Assembly (NCBI GenBank): GCA_964057225.1 | Contig: OZ059897.1 | Coordinates: 3,720,001 to 3,784,000 of the forward strand | Source of the DNA: Auanema rhodensis | Lineage: Eukaryota > Animalia > Nematoda | DNA: 64,000 bases | Reading direction: 5' to 3' | Shown here: positions 10,610 through 25,235 of the stretch, piece after piece | Numbering within the stretch: the first letter of the stretch is position 1 | Layout of the letters: every line of letters begins with the position of its first letter | Notes under the pieces: model-generated | Database searches by the model: none | Told to the model about the DNA's origin: nothing | What the model saw: the letters and a program-made list of their open reading frames with translations, nothing else | Program-made: the position numbers and the translations under genes

Positions 10610-13535
10610 GCATACACTAATGCATTATTTTTCAAACGATCATAACTAATTTTTGTATAGAGCGTTTCTCAATGTAGTATAGTGCATTCGATGCGGATTT
10701 TTAAGCTGCGTTGATCTGTGTTATTAGATTTGAGTTAGCTTAAAAATGCACCGAGATATCAACTGATATATGTTCACACTTATATCCTCGATTTTCACCC
10801 TGAAGAAATGATTTTTTCGTTGAATAACATTGTCCATCGTCTTCGTCTTGAAAAAAGGAATCTAAAAACATCTACTTTTTGTGAAATTATTTAGAAATTT
10901 TTCGGGAAAATTTTTGTCAAAATGTTTTTGGAAGCAATGTTGAGTGTACATGGGAACTCAACATACACTAATGCATTATTTTTCAAACGATCATAACTAA
11001 TTTTTGTATAGAGCGTTTCTCAATGTAGTATAGTGCATTCGATGCGGATTTTTAAGCTGCGTTGATCTGTGTTATCAGATTTGAGTTAACTTAAAAATGC
11101 ACCGAGATATCAACTGATATATGTTCACACTTATATCCTCGATTTTCACCCTGAAGAAATGATTTTTTCGTTGAAAAACATTGTCCATCGTATTCGTTTT
11201 GAAAAAAAAAATCTAAAAACATCTACTTTTTGTGAAATTATTTAGAAATTTTTCGGGAAAATTTTTGTCAAAATGTTTTTGGAAGCAATGTTGAGTGTAC
11301 ATGGGAACTCAACATACACTAATGCATTATTTTTCAAACGATCATAACTAATTTTTGTATAGAGCGTTTCTCATTGTAGTATAGTGCATTCGATGCGGAT
11401 TTTCAAGCTGCGTTGATCTGTGTTATCAGATTTGAGTTAACTTAAAAATGCACCGAGATATCAACTGATATAGGTTCACACTTGTATCCTCGATTTTCAC
11501 CCTGAAGAAATGATTTTTTCGTTGAAAAACATTGTCCATCGTATTCGTCTTGAAAAAAGGAATCTAAAAACATCTACTTTTTGTGAAATTATTTAGAAAT
11601 TTTTCGGGAAAATTTTTGTCAAAATGTTTTTGGAAGCAATGTTGAGTGTACATGGGAACTCAACATACACTAATGCATTATTTTTCAAACGATCATAACT
11701 AATTTTTGTATAGAGCGTTTCTCATTGTAGTATAGTGCATTCGATGCGGATTTTTAAGCTGCGTTGATCTGTGTTATCAGATTTGAGTTAGCTTAAAAAT
11801 GCACCGAGATATCAACTGATATATGTTCACACTTATAACCTCGATTTTCACCCTGAAGAATTAATTTTTTCGTTGAAAAACATTGTCCATCGTATTCGTC
11901 TTGAAAAAAGGAATCTAAAAACATCTACTTTCTGTGAAATTATTCAGAAATTTTTCGGGAAAATTTTTGTCAAAATGTTTTTGGAAGCAATGTTGAGTGT
12001 ACATGGGAACTCAACATACACTAATGCATTATTTTTCAAACGATCATAACTAATTTTTGTATAGAGCGTTTCTCAATGTAGTATAGTGCATTCGATGCGG
12101 ATTTTTAAGCTGCGTTGATCTGTGTTATCAGATTTGAGTTAGCTTAAAAATGCACCGAGATATCAACTGATATATGTTCACACTTATAACCTCGATTTTC
12201 ACCCTGAAGAATTAATTTTTTCGTTGAATAACATTGTCCATCGTCTTTGCCTTGAAAAAAGAAATCTAAAAACTCCTACTTTTTGTGAAATTATTTAGAA
12301 ATTTTTCGGGAAAATTTTTGTCACAATGTTTTTGGAAGCAATGTTGAGTGTACATGGGAACTCAGCATACACTAATGCATTATTTTTCAAACGATCATAA
12401 CTAATTTTTGTATAGAGCGTTTCTCAATGTAGTATAGTGCATTCGATGCGGATTTTTAAGCTGCGTTGATCTGTGTTATTAGATTTGAGTTAGCTTAAAA
12501 ATGCACCGAGATATCAACTGATATATGTTCACACTTATATCCTCGATTTTCACCCTGAAGAAATGATTTTTTCGTTGAATAACATTGTCCATCGTCTTCG
12601 TCTTGAAAAAAGGAATCTAAAAACATCTACTTTTTGTGAAATTATTTAGAAATTTTTCGGGAAAATTTTTGTCAAAATGTTTTTGGAAGCAATGTTGAGT
12701 GTACATGGGAACTCAACATACACTAATGCATTATTTTTCAAACGATCATAACTAATTTTTGTATAGAGCGTTTCTCAATGTAGTATAGTGCATTCGATGC
12801 GGATTTTTAAGCTGCGTTGATCTGTGTTATCAGATTTGAGTTAACTTAAAAATGCACCGAGATATCAACTGATATATGTTCACACTTATATCCTCGATTT
12901 TCACCCTGAAGAAATGATTTTTTCGTTGAAAAACATTGTCCATCGTATTCGTTTTGAAAAAAAAAATCTAAAAACATCTACTTTTTGTGAAATTATTTAG
13001 AAATTTTTCGGGAAAATTTTTGTCAAAATGTTTTTGGAAGCAATGTTGAGTGTACATGGGAACTCAACATACACTAATGCATTATTTTTCAAACGATCAT
13101 AACTAATTTTTGTATAGAGCGTTTCTCATTGTAGTATAGTGCATTCGATGCGGATTTTCAAGCTGCGTTGATCTGTGTTATCAGATTTGAGTTAACTTAA
13201 AAATGCACCGAGATATCAACTGATATAGGTTCACACTTGTATCCTCGATTTTCACCCTGAAGAAATGATTTTTTCGTTGAAAAACATTGTCCATCGTATT
13301 CGTCTTGAAAAAAGGAATCTAAAAACATCTACTTTTTGTGAAATTATTTAGAAATTTTTCGGGAAAATTTTTGTCAAAATGTTTTTGGAAGCAATGTTGA
13401 GTGTACATGGGAACTCAACATACACTAATGCATTATTTTTCAAACGATCATAACTAATTTTTGTATAGAGCGTTTCTCATTGTAGTATAGTGCATTCGAT
13501 GCGGATTTTTAAGCTGCGTTGATCTGTGTTATCAG
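10610..13535. repeat. Imperfect 5-monomer duplication (1755 bp)
   Basis: The private G-A10 run at 11201 and 12956 and TTATTAGATTTGAG at 10721 and 12476 are both 1755 apart. The intervening monomers match only partly. Confidence 0.8.
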
Positions 13536-15199
13536 ATTTGAGTTAACTTAAAAATGCACCGAGATATCAACTGATATAGGTTCACACATATATCCTCGAT
13601 TTTCACCCTGAAGAAATGATTTTTTCGTTGAAAAACATTGTCCATCGTCTTCGTCTTGGAAAAAGGAATCTAAAAACATCTACTTTTTGTGAAATTATTC
13701 AGAAATTTTTCGGGAAAATTTTTGTCAAAATGTTTTTGGAAGCAATGTTGAGTGTACATGGGAACTCAACATACACTAATGCATTATTTTTCAAACGATC
13801 ATAACTAATTTTTGTATAGAGCGTTTCTCAATGTAGTATAGTGCATTCGATGCGGATTTTTAAGCTGCGTTGATCTGTGTTATCAGATTTGAGTTAGCTT
13901 AAAAATGCACCGAGATATCAACTGATATATGTTCACACTTATATCCTCGATTTTCACCCTGAAGAAATGATTTTTTCGTTGAAAAACATTGTCCATCGTA
14001 TTCGTTTTGAAAAAAGAAATCTAAAAACATCTACTTTTTGTGAAATTATTTAGAAATTTTTCGGGAAAATTTTTGTCAAAATGTTTTTGGAAGCAATGTT
14101 GAGTGTACATGGGAACTCAACATACACTAATGCATTATTTTTCAAACGATCATAACTAATTTTTGTATAGAGCGTTTCTCATTGTAGTATAGTGCATTCG
14201 ATGCGGATTTTCAAGCTGCGTTGATCTGTGTTATCAGATTTGAGTTAACTTAAAAATGCACCGAGATATCAACTGATATAGGTTCACACTTGTATCCTCG
14301 ATTTTCACCCTGAAGAAATGATTTTTTCGTTGAAAAACATTGTCCATCGTATTCGTCTTGAAAAAAGGAATCTAAAAACATCTACTTTTTGTGAAATTAT
14401 TTAGAAATTTTTCGGGAAAATTTTTGTCAAAATGTTTTTGGAAGCAATGTTGAGTGTACATGGGAACTCAACATACACTAATGCATTATTTTTCAAACGA
14501 TCATAACTAATTTTTGTATAGAGCGTTTCTCATTGTAGTATAGTGCATTCGATGCGGATTTTTAAGCTGCGTTGATCTGTGTTATCAGATTTGAGTTAGC
14601 TTAAAAATGCACCGAGATATCAACTGATATATGTTCACACTTATATCCTCGATTTTCACCCTGAAGAATTAATTTTTTCGTTGAATAACATTGTCCATCG
14701 TCTTTGCCTTGAAAAAAGAAATCTAAAAACTCCTACTTTTTGTGAAATTATTTAGAAATTTTTCGGGAAAATTTTTGTCACAATGTTTTTGGAAGCAATG
14801 TTGAGTGTACATGGGAACTCAGCATACACTAATGCATTATTTTTCAAACGATCATAACTAATCTTTGTAAAGAGCGTTTCTCAATGTAGTATAGTGCATT
14901 CGATGCGGATTTTTAAGCTGCGTTGATCTGTGTTATCAGATTTGCGCTAGCTTAAAAATGCACCGAGATATCAACTGATATATGTTCACACTTATATCCT
15001 CGATTTTCACCCTGAAGAAATGATTTTTTCGTTGAATAACATTGTCATTTGTCTTCGTCTTGAAAAAAGGAATCTAAAAACATCTACTTTTTGTGAAATT
15101 ATTTAGAAATTTTTCGGGAAAATTTTTGTCAAAATGTTTTGGAAGCAATGTTGAGTGTACATGGGAACTCAACATACACTAATGCATTATTTTTCAAAC

Positions 15200-18150
15200 G
15201 ATCATAACTAATTTTTGTATAGAGCGTTTCTCATTGTAGTATAGTGCATTCGATGCGGATTTTTAAGCTGCGTTGATCTGTGTTATCAGATTTGCGCAAG
15301 CTTAAAAATGCACCGAGTAATCAACTGATATAGGTTCACACTTATATCCTCGATTTTCACCCTGAAGAATTAATTTTTTCGTTGAATAACATTGTCCATC
15401 GTCTTTGCCTTGAAAAAAGAAATCCAAAAACTCCTACTTTTTGTGAAATTATTTAGAAATTTTTCGGGAAAATTTTTGTCAAAATGTTTTTGGAAGCAAT
15501 GTTGAGTGTACATGGGAACTCAGCATACACTAATGCATTATTTTTCAAACGATCATAACTAATTTTTGTATAGAGCGTTTCTCAATGTAGTATAGTGCAT
15601 TCGATGCGGATTTTTAAGCTGCGTTGATCTGTGTTATTAGATTTCAGTTAGCTTAAAAATGCACCGAGATATCAACTGATATAGGTTCACACTTGTATCC
15701 TCGATTCTCACCCTGAAGAAATGATTTTTTCGTTGAATAACATTGTCATTTGTCTTCGTCTTGAAAAAAGGAATCTAAAAACATCTACTTTTTGTGAAAT
15801 TATTTAGAAATTTTTCGGGAAAATTTTTGTCAAAATGTTTTTGGAAGCAATGTTGAGTGTACATGGGAACTCAACATACACTAATGCATTATTTTTCAAA
15901 CGATCATAACTAATTTTTGTATAGAGCGTTTCTCATTGTAGTATAGTGCATTCGAAGCGGATTTTTAAGCTGCGTTGATCTGTGTTATCAGATTTGCGCA
16001 AGCTTAAAAATGCACCGAGTAATCAACTGATATAGGTTCACACTTATATCCTCGATTTTCACCCTGAAGAATTAATTTTTTCGTTGAATAACATTGTCCA
16101 TCGTCTTTGCCTTGAAAAAAGAAATCCAAAAACTCCTACTTTTTGTGAAATTATTTAGAAATTTTTCGGAAAAATTTTTGTCACAATGTTTTTGGAAGCA
16201 ATGTTGAGTGTACATGGGAACTCAGCATACACTAATGCATTATTTTTCAAACGATCATAACTAATTTTTGTATAGAGCGTTTCTCAATGTAGTATAGTGC
16301 ATTCGATGCGGATTTTTAAGCTGCGTTGATCTGTGTTATTAGATTTCAGTTAGCTTAAAAATGCACCGAGATATCAACTGATATAGGTTCACACTTGTAT
16401 CCTCGATTCTCACCCTGAAGAAATGATTTTTTCGTTGAAAAACATTGTCCATCGTCTTCGTCTTGAAAAAAGGAATCTAAAAACATCTACTTTTTGTGAA
16501 ATTATTCAGAAATTTTTCGGGAAAATTTTTGTCAAAATGTTTTTGGAAGCAATGTTGAGTGTACATGGGAACTCAACATACACTAATGCATTATTTTTCA
16601 AACGATCATAACTAATTTTTGTATAGAGCGTTTCTCATTGTAGTATAGTGCATTCGATGCGGATTTTTAAGCTGCGTTGATCTGTGTTATCAGATTTGAG
16701 TTAACTTAAAAATGCACCGAGATATGAACTGATATAGGTTCACACATATATCCTCGATTTTCACCCTGAAGAATTAATTTTTTCGTTGAATAACATTGTC
16801 CATCGTCTTTGCCTTGAAAAAAGAAATCCAAAAACTCCTACTTTTTGTGAAATTATTTAGAAATTTTTCGGGAAAATTTTTGTCACAATGTTTTTGGAAG
16901 CAATGTTGAGTGTACATGGGAACTCAGCATACACTAATGCATTATTTTTCAAACGATCATAACTAATTTTTGTATAGAGCGTTTCTCAATGTAGTATAGT
17001 GCATTCGATGCGGATTTTTAAGCTGCGTTGATCTGTGTTATTAGATTTCAGTTAGCTTAAAAATGCACCGAGATATCAACTGATATAGGTTCACACTTGT
17101 ATCCTCGATTCTCACCCTGAAGAAATGATTTTTTCGTTGAATAACATTGTCATTTGTCTTCGTCTTGAAAAAAGGAATCTAAAAACATCTACTTTTTGTG
17201 AAATTATTTAGAAATTTTTCGGGAAAATTTTTGTCAAAATGTTTTTGGAAGCAATGTTGAGTGTACATGGGAACTCAACATACACTAATGCATTATTTTT
17301 CAAACGATCATAACTAATTTTTGTATAGAGCGTTTCTCATTGTAGTATAGTGCATTCGATGCGGATTTTTAAGCTGCGTTGATCTGTGTTATCAGATTTG
17401 CGCAAGCTTAAAAATGCACCGAGTAATCAACTGATATAGGTTCACACTTATATCCTCGATTTTCACCCTGAAGAATTAATTTTTTCGTTGAATAACATTG
17501 TCCATCGTCTTTGCCTTGAAAAAAGAAATCCAAAAACTCCTACTTTTTGTGAAATTATTTAGAAATTTTTCGGAAAAATTTTTGTCACAATGTTTTTGGA
17601 AGCAATGTTGAGTGTACATGGGAACTCAGCATACACTAATGCATTATTTTTCAAACGATCATAACTAATTTTTGTATAGAGCGTTTCTCAATGTAGTATA
17701 GTGCATTCGATGCGGATTTTTAAGCTGCGTTGATCTGTGTTATTAGATTTCAGTTAGCTTAAAAATGCACCGAGATATCAACTGATATAGGTTCACACTT
17801 GTATCCTCGATTCTCACCCTGAAGAAATGATTTTTTCGTTGAAAAGATTGTCCATCGTCTTCGTCTTGAAAAAAGGAATCTAAAAACATCTACTTTTTGT
17901 GAAATTATTCAGAAATTTTTCGGGAAAATTTTTGTCAAAATGTTTTTGGAAGCAATGTTGAGTGTACATGGGAACTCAACATACACTAATGCATTATTTT
18001 TCAAACGATCATAACTAATTTTTGTATAGAGCGTTTCTCATTGTAGTATAGTGCATTCGATGCGGATTTTTAAGCTGCGTTGATCTGTGTTATCAGATTT
18101 GAGTTAACTTAAAAATGCACCGAGATATGAACTGATATAGGTTCACACAT
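15200..18150. repeat. Dimer-periodic block (702 bp) nested in a 4-mer (1404 bp)
   Basis: GATTCTCACC occurs at about 15703, 16405, 17107 and 17809. CGGAAAAAT occurs at about 16168 and 17572. GATATGAACT occurs at 16721 and 18124. Confidence 0.8.
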
Positions 18151-21100
18151 ATATCCTCGATTTTCACCCTGAAGAAATGATTTTTTTGTTGAAAAACATT
18201 GTCCATCGTCTTCGTCTTGAAAAAAGGAATCTAAAAACATCTACTTTTTGTGAAATTATTCAGAAATTTTTCGGGAAAATTTTTGTCAAAATGTTTTTGG
18301 AAGCAATGTTGAGTGTACATGGGAACTCAACATACACTAATGCATTATTTTTCAAACGATCATAGCTAATTTTTGTATAGAGCGTTTCTCAATGTAGTAT
18401 AGTGCATTCGATGCGGATTTTTAAGCTGCGTTGATCTGTGTTATCAGATTTGAGTTAGCTTAAAAATGCACCGAGATATCAACTGATATATGTTCACACT
18501 TATATCCTCGATTTTCACCCTGAAGAAATGATTTTTTCGTTGAATGACATTGTCCATCGTCTTCGTCTTGAAAAAAGGAATCTAAAAACATCTACTTTTT
18601 GTGAAATTATTTAGAAATTTTTCGGGAAAATTTTTGTCAAAATGTTTTTGGAAGCAATGTTGAGTGTACATGGGAACTCAACATACACTAATGCATTATT
18701 TTTCAAACGATCATAACTAATTTTTGTATAGAGCGTTTCTCAATGTAGTATAGTGCGTTCGATGCGGATTTTTAAGCTGCGTTGATCTGTGTTATCAGAT
18801 TTGAGTTAACTTAAAAATGCACCGAGATATCAACTGATATAGGTTCACACATATATCCTCGATTTTCACCCTGAAGAAATGATTTTTTCGTTGAATAACA
18901 TTGTCCATCGTCTTTGCCTTAAAAAAAGAAATCCAAAAACTCCTACTTTTTGTGAAATTATTTAGAAATTTTTCGGGAAAATTTTTGTCACAATGTTTTT
19001 GGAAGCAATGTTGAGTGTACATGGGAACTCAACATACACTAATGCATTATTTTTCAAACGATCATAACTAATTTTTGTATAGAGCGTTTCTCATTGTAGT
19101 ATAGTGCATTCGATGCGGATTTTTAAGCTGCGTTGATCTGTGTTATCAGATTTGCGCTAGCTTAAAAATGCACCGAGATATCAACTGATATATGTTCACA
19201 CTTATATCCTCGATTTTCACCCTGAAGAAATGATTTTTTCGTTGAATAACATTGTCCATCATCTTTGTCTTGAAAAAAGGAATCTAAAAACATCTACTTT
19301 TTGTGAAATTATTTAGAAATTTTTCGGGAAAATTTTTGTCAAAATGTTTTTGGAAGCAATGTTGAGTGTACTTGGGAACTCAACATACACTAATGCATTA
19401 TTTTTCAAACGATCATAACTAATTTTTGTATAAAGCGTTTCTCAATGTAGTATAGTGCATTCGATGCGGATTTTTAAGCTGCGTTGATCTGTGTTATCAG
19501 ATTTGAGTTAACTTAAAAATGCACCGAGTAATCAACTGATATAGGTTCACACTTATATCCTCGATTTTCACCCTAAAGAAATGATTTTTTCGTTGAATAA
19601 CATTGTCATTTGTCTTCGTCTTGAAAAAAGGAATCTAAAAACATCTACTTTTTGTGAAATTATTTAGAAATTTTTCGGGAAAATTTTTGTCAAAATGTTT
19701 TTGGAAGCAATGTTGAGTGTACATGGGAACTCAACATACACTAATGCATTATTTTTCAAACGATCATAACTAATTTTTGTATAGAGCGTTTCTCATTGTA
19801 GTATAGTGCATTCGATGCGGATTTTTAAGCTGCGTTGATCTGTGTTATCAGATTTGCGCAAGCTTAAAAATGCACCGAGTAATCAACTGATATAGGTTCA
19901 CACTTATATCCTCGATTTTCACCCTGAAGAATTAATTTTTTCGTTGAATAACATTGTCCATCGTCTTTGCCTTGAAAAAAGAAATCCAAAAACTCCTACT
20001 TTTTGTGAAATTATTTAGAAATTTTTCGGAAAAATTTTTGTCACAATGTTTTTGGAAGCAATGTTGAGTGTACATGGGAACTCAGCATACACTAATGCAT
20101 TATTTTTCAAACGATCATAACTAATTTTTGTATAGAGCGTTTCTCAATGTAGTATAGTGCATTCGATGCGGATTTTTAAGCTGCGTTGATCTGTGTTATT
20201 AGATTTCAGTTAGCTTAAAAATGCACCGAGATATCAACTGATATAGGTTCACACTTGTATCCTCGATTCTCACCCTGAAGAAATGATTTTTTCGTTGAAA
20301 AGATTGTCCATCGTCTTCGTCTTGAAAAAAGGAATCTAAAAACATCTACTTTTTGTGAAATTATTCAGAAATTTTTCGGGAAAATTTTTGTCAAAATGTT
20401 TTTGGAAGCAATGTTGAGTGTACATGGGAACTCAACATACACTAATGCATTATTTTTCAAACGATCATAACTAATTTTTGTATAGAGCGTTTCTCATTGT
20501 AGTATAGTGCATTCGATGCGGATTTTTAAGCTGCGTTGATCTGTGTTATCAGATTTGAGTTAACTTAAAAATGCACCGAGATATGAACTGATATAGGTTC
20601 ACACATATATCCTCGATTTTCACCCTGAAGAAATGATTTTTTTGTTGAAAAACATTGTCCATCGTCTTCGTCTTGAAAAAAGGAATCTAAAAACATCTAC
20701 TTTTTGTGAAATTATTCAGAAATTTTTCGGGAAAATTTTTGTCAAAATGTTTTTGGAAGCAATGTTGAGTGTACATGGGAACTCAACATACACTAATGCA
20801 TTATTTTTCAAACGATCATAGCTAATTTTTGTATAGAGCGTTTCTCAATGTAGTATAGTGCATTCGATGCGGATTTTTAAGCTGCGTTGATCTGTGTTAT
20901 CAGATTTGAGTTAGCTTAAAAATGCACCGAGATATCAACTGATATATGTTCACACTTATATCCTCGATTTTCACCCTGAAGAAATGATTTTTTCGTTGAA
21001 TGACATTGTCCATCGTCTTCGTCTTGAAAAAAGGAATCTAAAAACATCTACTTTTTGTGAAATTATTTAGAAATTTTTCGGGAAAATTTTTGTCAAAATG

Positions 21101-21790
21101 TTTTTGGAAGCAATGTTGAGTGTACATGGGAACTCAACATACACTAATGCATTATTTTTCAAACGATCATAACTAATTTTTGTATAGAGCGTTTCTCAAT
21201 GTAGTATAGTGCGTTCGATGCGGATTTTTAAGCTGCGTTGATCTGTGTTATCAGATTTGAGTTAACTTAAAAATGCACCGAGATATCAACTGATATAGGT
21301 TCACACATATATCCTCGATTTTCACCCTGAAGAAATGATTTTTTCGTTGAATAACATTGTCCATCGTCTTTGCCTTAAAAAAAGAAATCCAAAAACTCCT
21401 ACTTTTTGTGAAATTATTTAGAAATTTTTCGGGAAAATTTTTGTCACAATGTTTTTGGAAGCAATGTTGAGTGTACATGGGAACTCAACATACACTAATG
21501 CATTATTTTTCAAACGATCATAACTAATTTTTGTATAGAGCGTTTCTCATTGTAGTATAGTGCATTCGATGCGGATTTTTAAGCTGCGTTGATCTGTGTT
21601 ATCAGATTTGCGCTAGCTTAAAAATGCACCGAGATATCAACTGATATATGTTCACACTTATATCCTCGATTTTCACCCTGAAGAAATGATTTTTTCGTTG
21701 AATAACATTGTCCATCATCTTTGTCTTGAAAAAAGGAATCTAAAAACATCTACTTTTTGTGAAATTATTTAGAAATTTTTCGGGAAAATT
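17120..21790. repeat. 7-monomer tandem duplication (2456 bp) carrying a 1-bp deletion
   Basis: GAAAAGATTG 17841/20297, CATAGCTAAT 18361/20817, GTGCGTTC 18753/21209, and ORFs 18177/20633 and 18795/21251 are all 2456 apart (7x351-1). Confidence 0.93.
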
Positions 21791-22579
21791 TTTGTCACAA
21801 TGTTTTTGGAAGCAATGTTGAGTGTACATGGGAACTCAACATACACTAATGCATTATTTTTCAAACGATCATAACTAATTTTTGTATGGAGCGTTTCTCA
21901 ATGTAGTATAGTGCATTCGATGCGGATTTTTAAGCTGCGTTGATCTGTGTTATCAGATTTGCGCTAGCTTAAAAATGCACCGAGTAATCAACTGATATAG
22001 GTTCACACTTATATCCTCGATTTTCACCCTAAAGAATTAATTTTTTCGTTGAATAACATTGTCCATCGTCTTTGCCTTGAAAAAAGAAATCTAAAAACTC
22101 CTACTTTTTGTAAAATTATTTAGAAATTTTTCGGGAAAATTTTTGTCACAATGTTTTTGGAAGCAATGTTGAGTGTACATGGGAACTCAACACACACTAA
22201 TGCATTATTTTTCAAACGATCATAACTAATTTTTGTATAGAGCGTTTCTCAATGTAGTATAGTGCATTCGATGCGGATTTTTAAGCTGCGTTGATCTGTG
22301 TTATTAGATTTCAGTTAGCTTAAAAATGCACCGAGATATCAACTGATATATGTTCACACTTATATCCTCGATTTTCACCCTGAAGAAATGATTTTTTCGT
22401 TGAATAACATTGTCCATCGTCTTCGTCTTGAAAAAAGGAATCTAAAAACATCTACTTTTTGTGAAATTATTTAGAAATTTTTCGGGAAAATTTTTGTCAA
22501 AATGTTTTTGGAAGCAATGTTGAGTGTACTTGGGAACTCAACATACACTAATGCATTATTTTTCAAACGATCATAACTA

Positions 22580-25235
22580 ATTTTTGTATAAAGCGTTTCT
22601 CAATGTAGTATAGTGCATTCGATGCGGATTTTTAAGCTGCGTTGATCTGTGTTATCAGATTTGAGTTAACTTAAAAATGCACCGAGTAATCAACTGATAT
22701 AGGTTCACACTTATATCCTCGATTTTCACCCTAAAGAATTAATTTTTTCGTTGAATAACATTGTCCATCGTCTTTGCCTTGAAAAAAGAAATCTAAAAAC
22801 TCCTACTTTTTGTAAAATTATTTAGAAATTTTTCGGGAAAATTTTTGTCAAAATGTTTTTGGAAGCAATGTTGAGTGTACATGGGAACTCAACATACACT
22901 AATGCATTATTTTTCAAACGATCATAACTAATTTTTGTATAGAGCGTTTCTTAATGTAGTATAGTGCATTCGATGCGGATTTTTAAGCTGCGTTGATCTG
23001 TGTTATCAGATTTGAGTTAGCTTAAAAATGCACCGAGATATCAACTGATATATGTTCACACTTATATCCTCGATTTTCACCCTGAAGAAATGATTTTTTC
23101 GTTGAATGACATTGTCCATCGTCTTCGTCTTGAAAAAAGGAATCTAAAAACTTCTACTTTTTGTGAAATTATTTAGAAATTTTTCGGGAAAATTTTTGTC
23201 AAAATGTTTTTGGAAGCAATGTTGAGTGTACATGGGAACTCAACATACACTAATGCATTATTTTTCAAACGATCATAACTTATTTTTGTATAGAGCGTTT
23301 CTCAATGTAGTATAGTGCATTCGATGCGGATTTTTAAGCTGCGTTGATCTGTGTTATCAGATTTGAGTTAACTTAAAAATGCACCGAGATATCAACTGAT
23401 ATATGTTCACACTTATATCCTCGATTTTCACCCTGAAGAAATGATTTTTTCGTTGAAAAACATTGTCCATCGTATTCGTTTTGAAAAAAGAAATCTAAAA
23501 ACATCTACTTTTTGTGAAATTATTTAGAAATTTTTCGGGAAAATTTTTGTCAAAATGTTTTTGGAAGCAATGTTGAGTGTATATGGGAACTCAACATACA
23601 CTAATGCATTATTTTTCAAACGATCATAACTAATTTTTGTATAGAGCGTTTCTCAATGTAGTATAGTGCATTCGATGCGGATTTTTAAGCTGCGTTGATC
23701 TGTGTTATTAGATTTCAGTTAGCTTAAAAATGCACCGAGATATCAACTGATATATGTTCACACTTATATCCTCGATTTTCACCCTGAAGAAATGATTTTT
23801 TCGTTGAATAACATTGTCCATCGTCTTCGTCTTGAAAAAAGGAATCTAAAAACTTCTACTTTTTGTGAAATTATTTAGAAATTTTTCGGGAAAATTTTTG
23901 TCAAAATGTTTTTGGAAGCAATGTTGAGTGTACTTGGGAACTCAACATACACTAATGCATTATTTTTCAAACGATCATAACTAATTTTTGTATAAAGCGT
24001 TTCTCAATGTAGTATAGTGCATTCGATGCGGATTTTTAAGCTGCGTTGATCTGTGTTATCAGATTTGAGTTAACTTAAAAATGCACCGAGATATCAACTG
24101 ATATATGTTCACACTTATATCCTCGATTTTCACCCTGAAGAAATGATTTTTTCGTTGAATGACATTGTCCATCGTCTTCGTCTTGAAAAAAGGAATCTAA
24201 AAACATCTACTTTTTGTGAAATTATTTAGAAATTTTTCGGGAAAATTTTTGTCAAAATGTTTTTGGAAGCAATGTTGAGTGTACATGGGAACTCAACATA
24301 CACTAATGCATTATTTTTCAAACGATCATAACTAATTTTTGTATAAAGCGTTTCTCAATGTAGTATAGTGCATTCGATGCGGATTTTTAAGCTGCGTTGA
24401 TCTGTGTTATCAGATTTGAGTTAACTTAAAAATGCACCGAGTAATCAACTGATATAGGTTCACACTTATATCCTCGATTTTCACCCTAAAGAATTAATTT
24501 TTTCGTTGAATAACATTGTCCATCGTCTTTGCCTTGAAAAAAGAAATCTAAAAACTCCTACTTTTTGTAAAATTATTTAGAAATTTTTCGGGAAAATTTT
24601 TGTCAAAATGTTTTTGGAAGCAATGTTGAGTGTACATGGGAACTCAACATACAATAATGCATTATTTTTCAAACGATCATAACTAATTTTTGTATAGAGC
24701 GTTTCTTAATGTAGTATAGTGCATTCGATGCGGATTTTTAAGCTGCGTTGATCTGTGTTATCAGATTTGAGTTAGCTTAAAAATGCACCGAGATATCAAC
24801 TGATATATGTTCACACTTATATCCTCGATTTTCACCCTGAAGAAATGATTTTTTCGTTGAATGACATTGTCCATCGTCTTCGTCTTGAAAAAAGGAATCT
24901 AAAAACTTCTACTTTTTGTGAAATTATTTAGAAATTTTTCGGGAAAATTTTTGTCAAAATGTTTTTGGAAGCAATGTTGAGTGTACATGGGAACTCAACA
25001 TACACTAATGCATTATTTTTCAAACGATCATAACTAATTTTTGTATAGAGCGTTTCTCAATGTAGTATAGTGCATTCGATGCGGATTTTTAAGCTGCGTT
25101 GATCTGTGTTATCAGATTTGAGTTAACTTAAAAATGCACCGAGATATCAACTGATATATGTTCACACTTATATCCTCGATTTTCACCCTGAAGAAATGAT
25201 TTTTTCGTTGAAAAACATTGTCCATCGTATTCGTT
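22580..25235. repeat. Partial 5-monomer duplication (1755 bp)
   Basis: CTAAAGAATT 22731/24486, ATGAC 23106/24861 and CTTCTAC 23151/24906 are 1755 apart. Confidence 0.75.
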
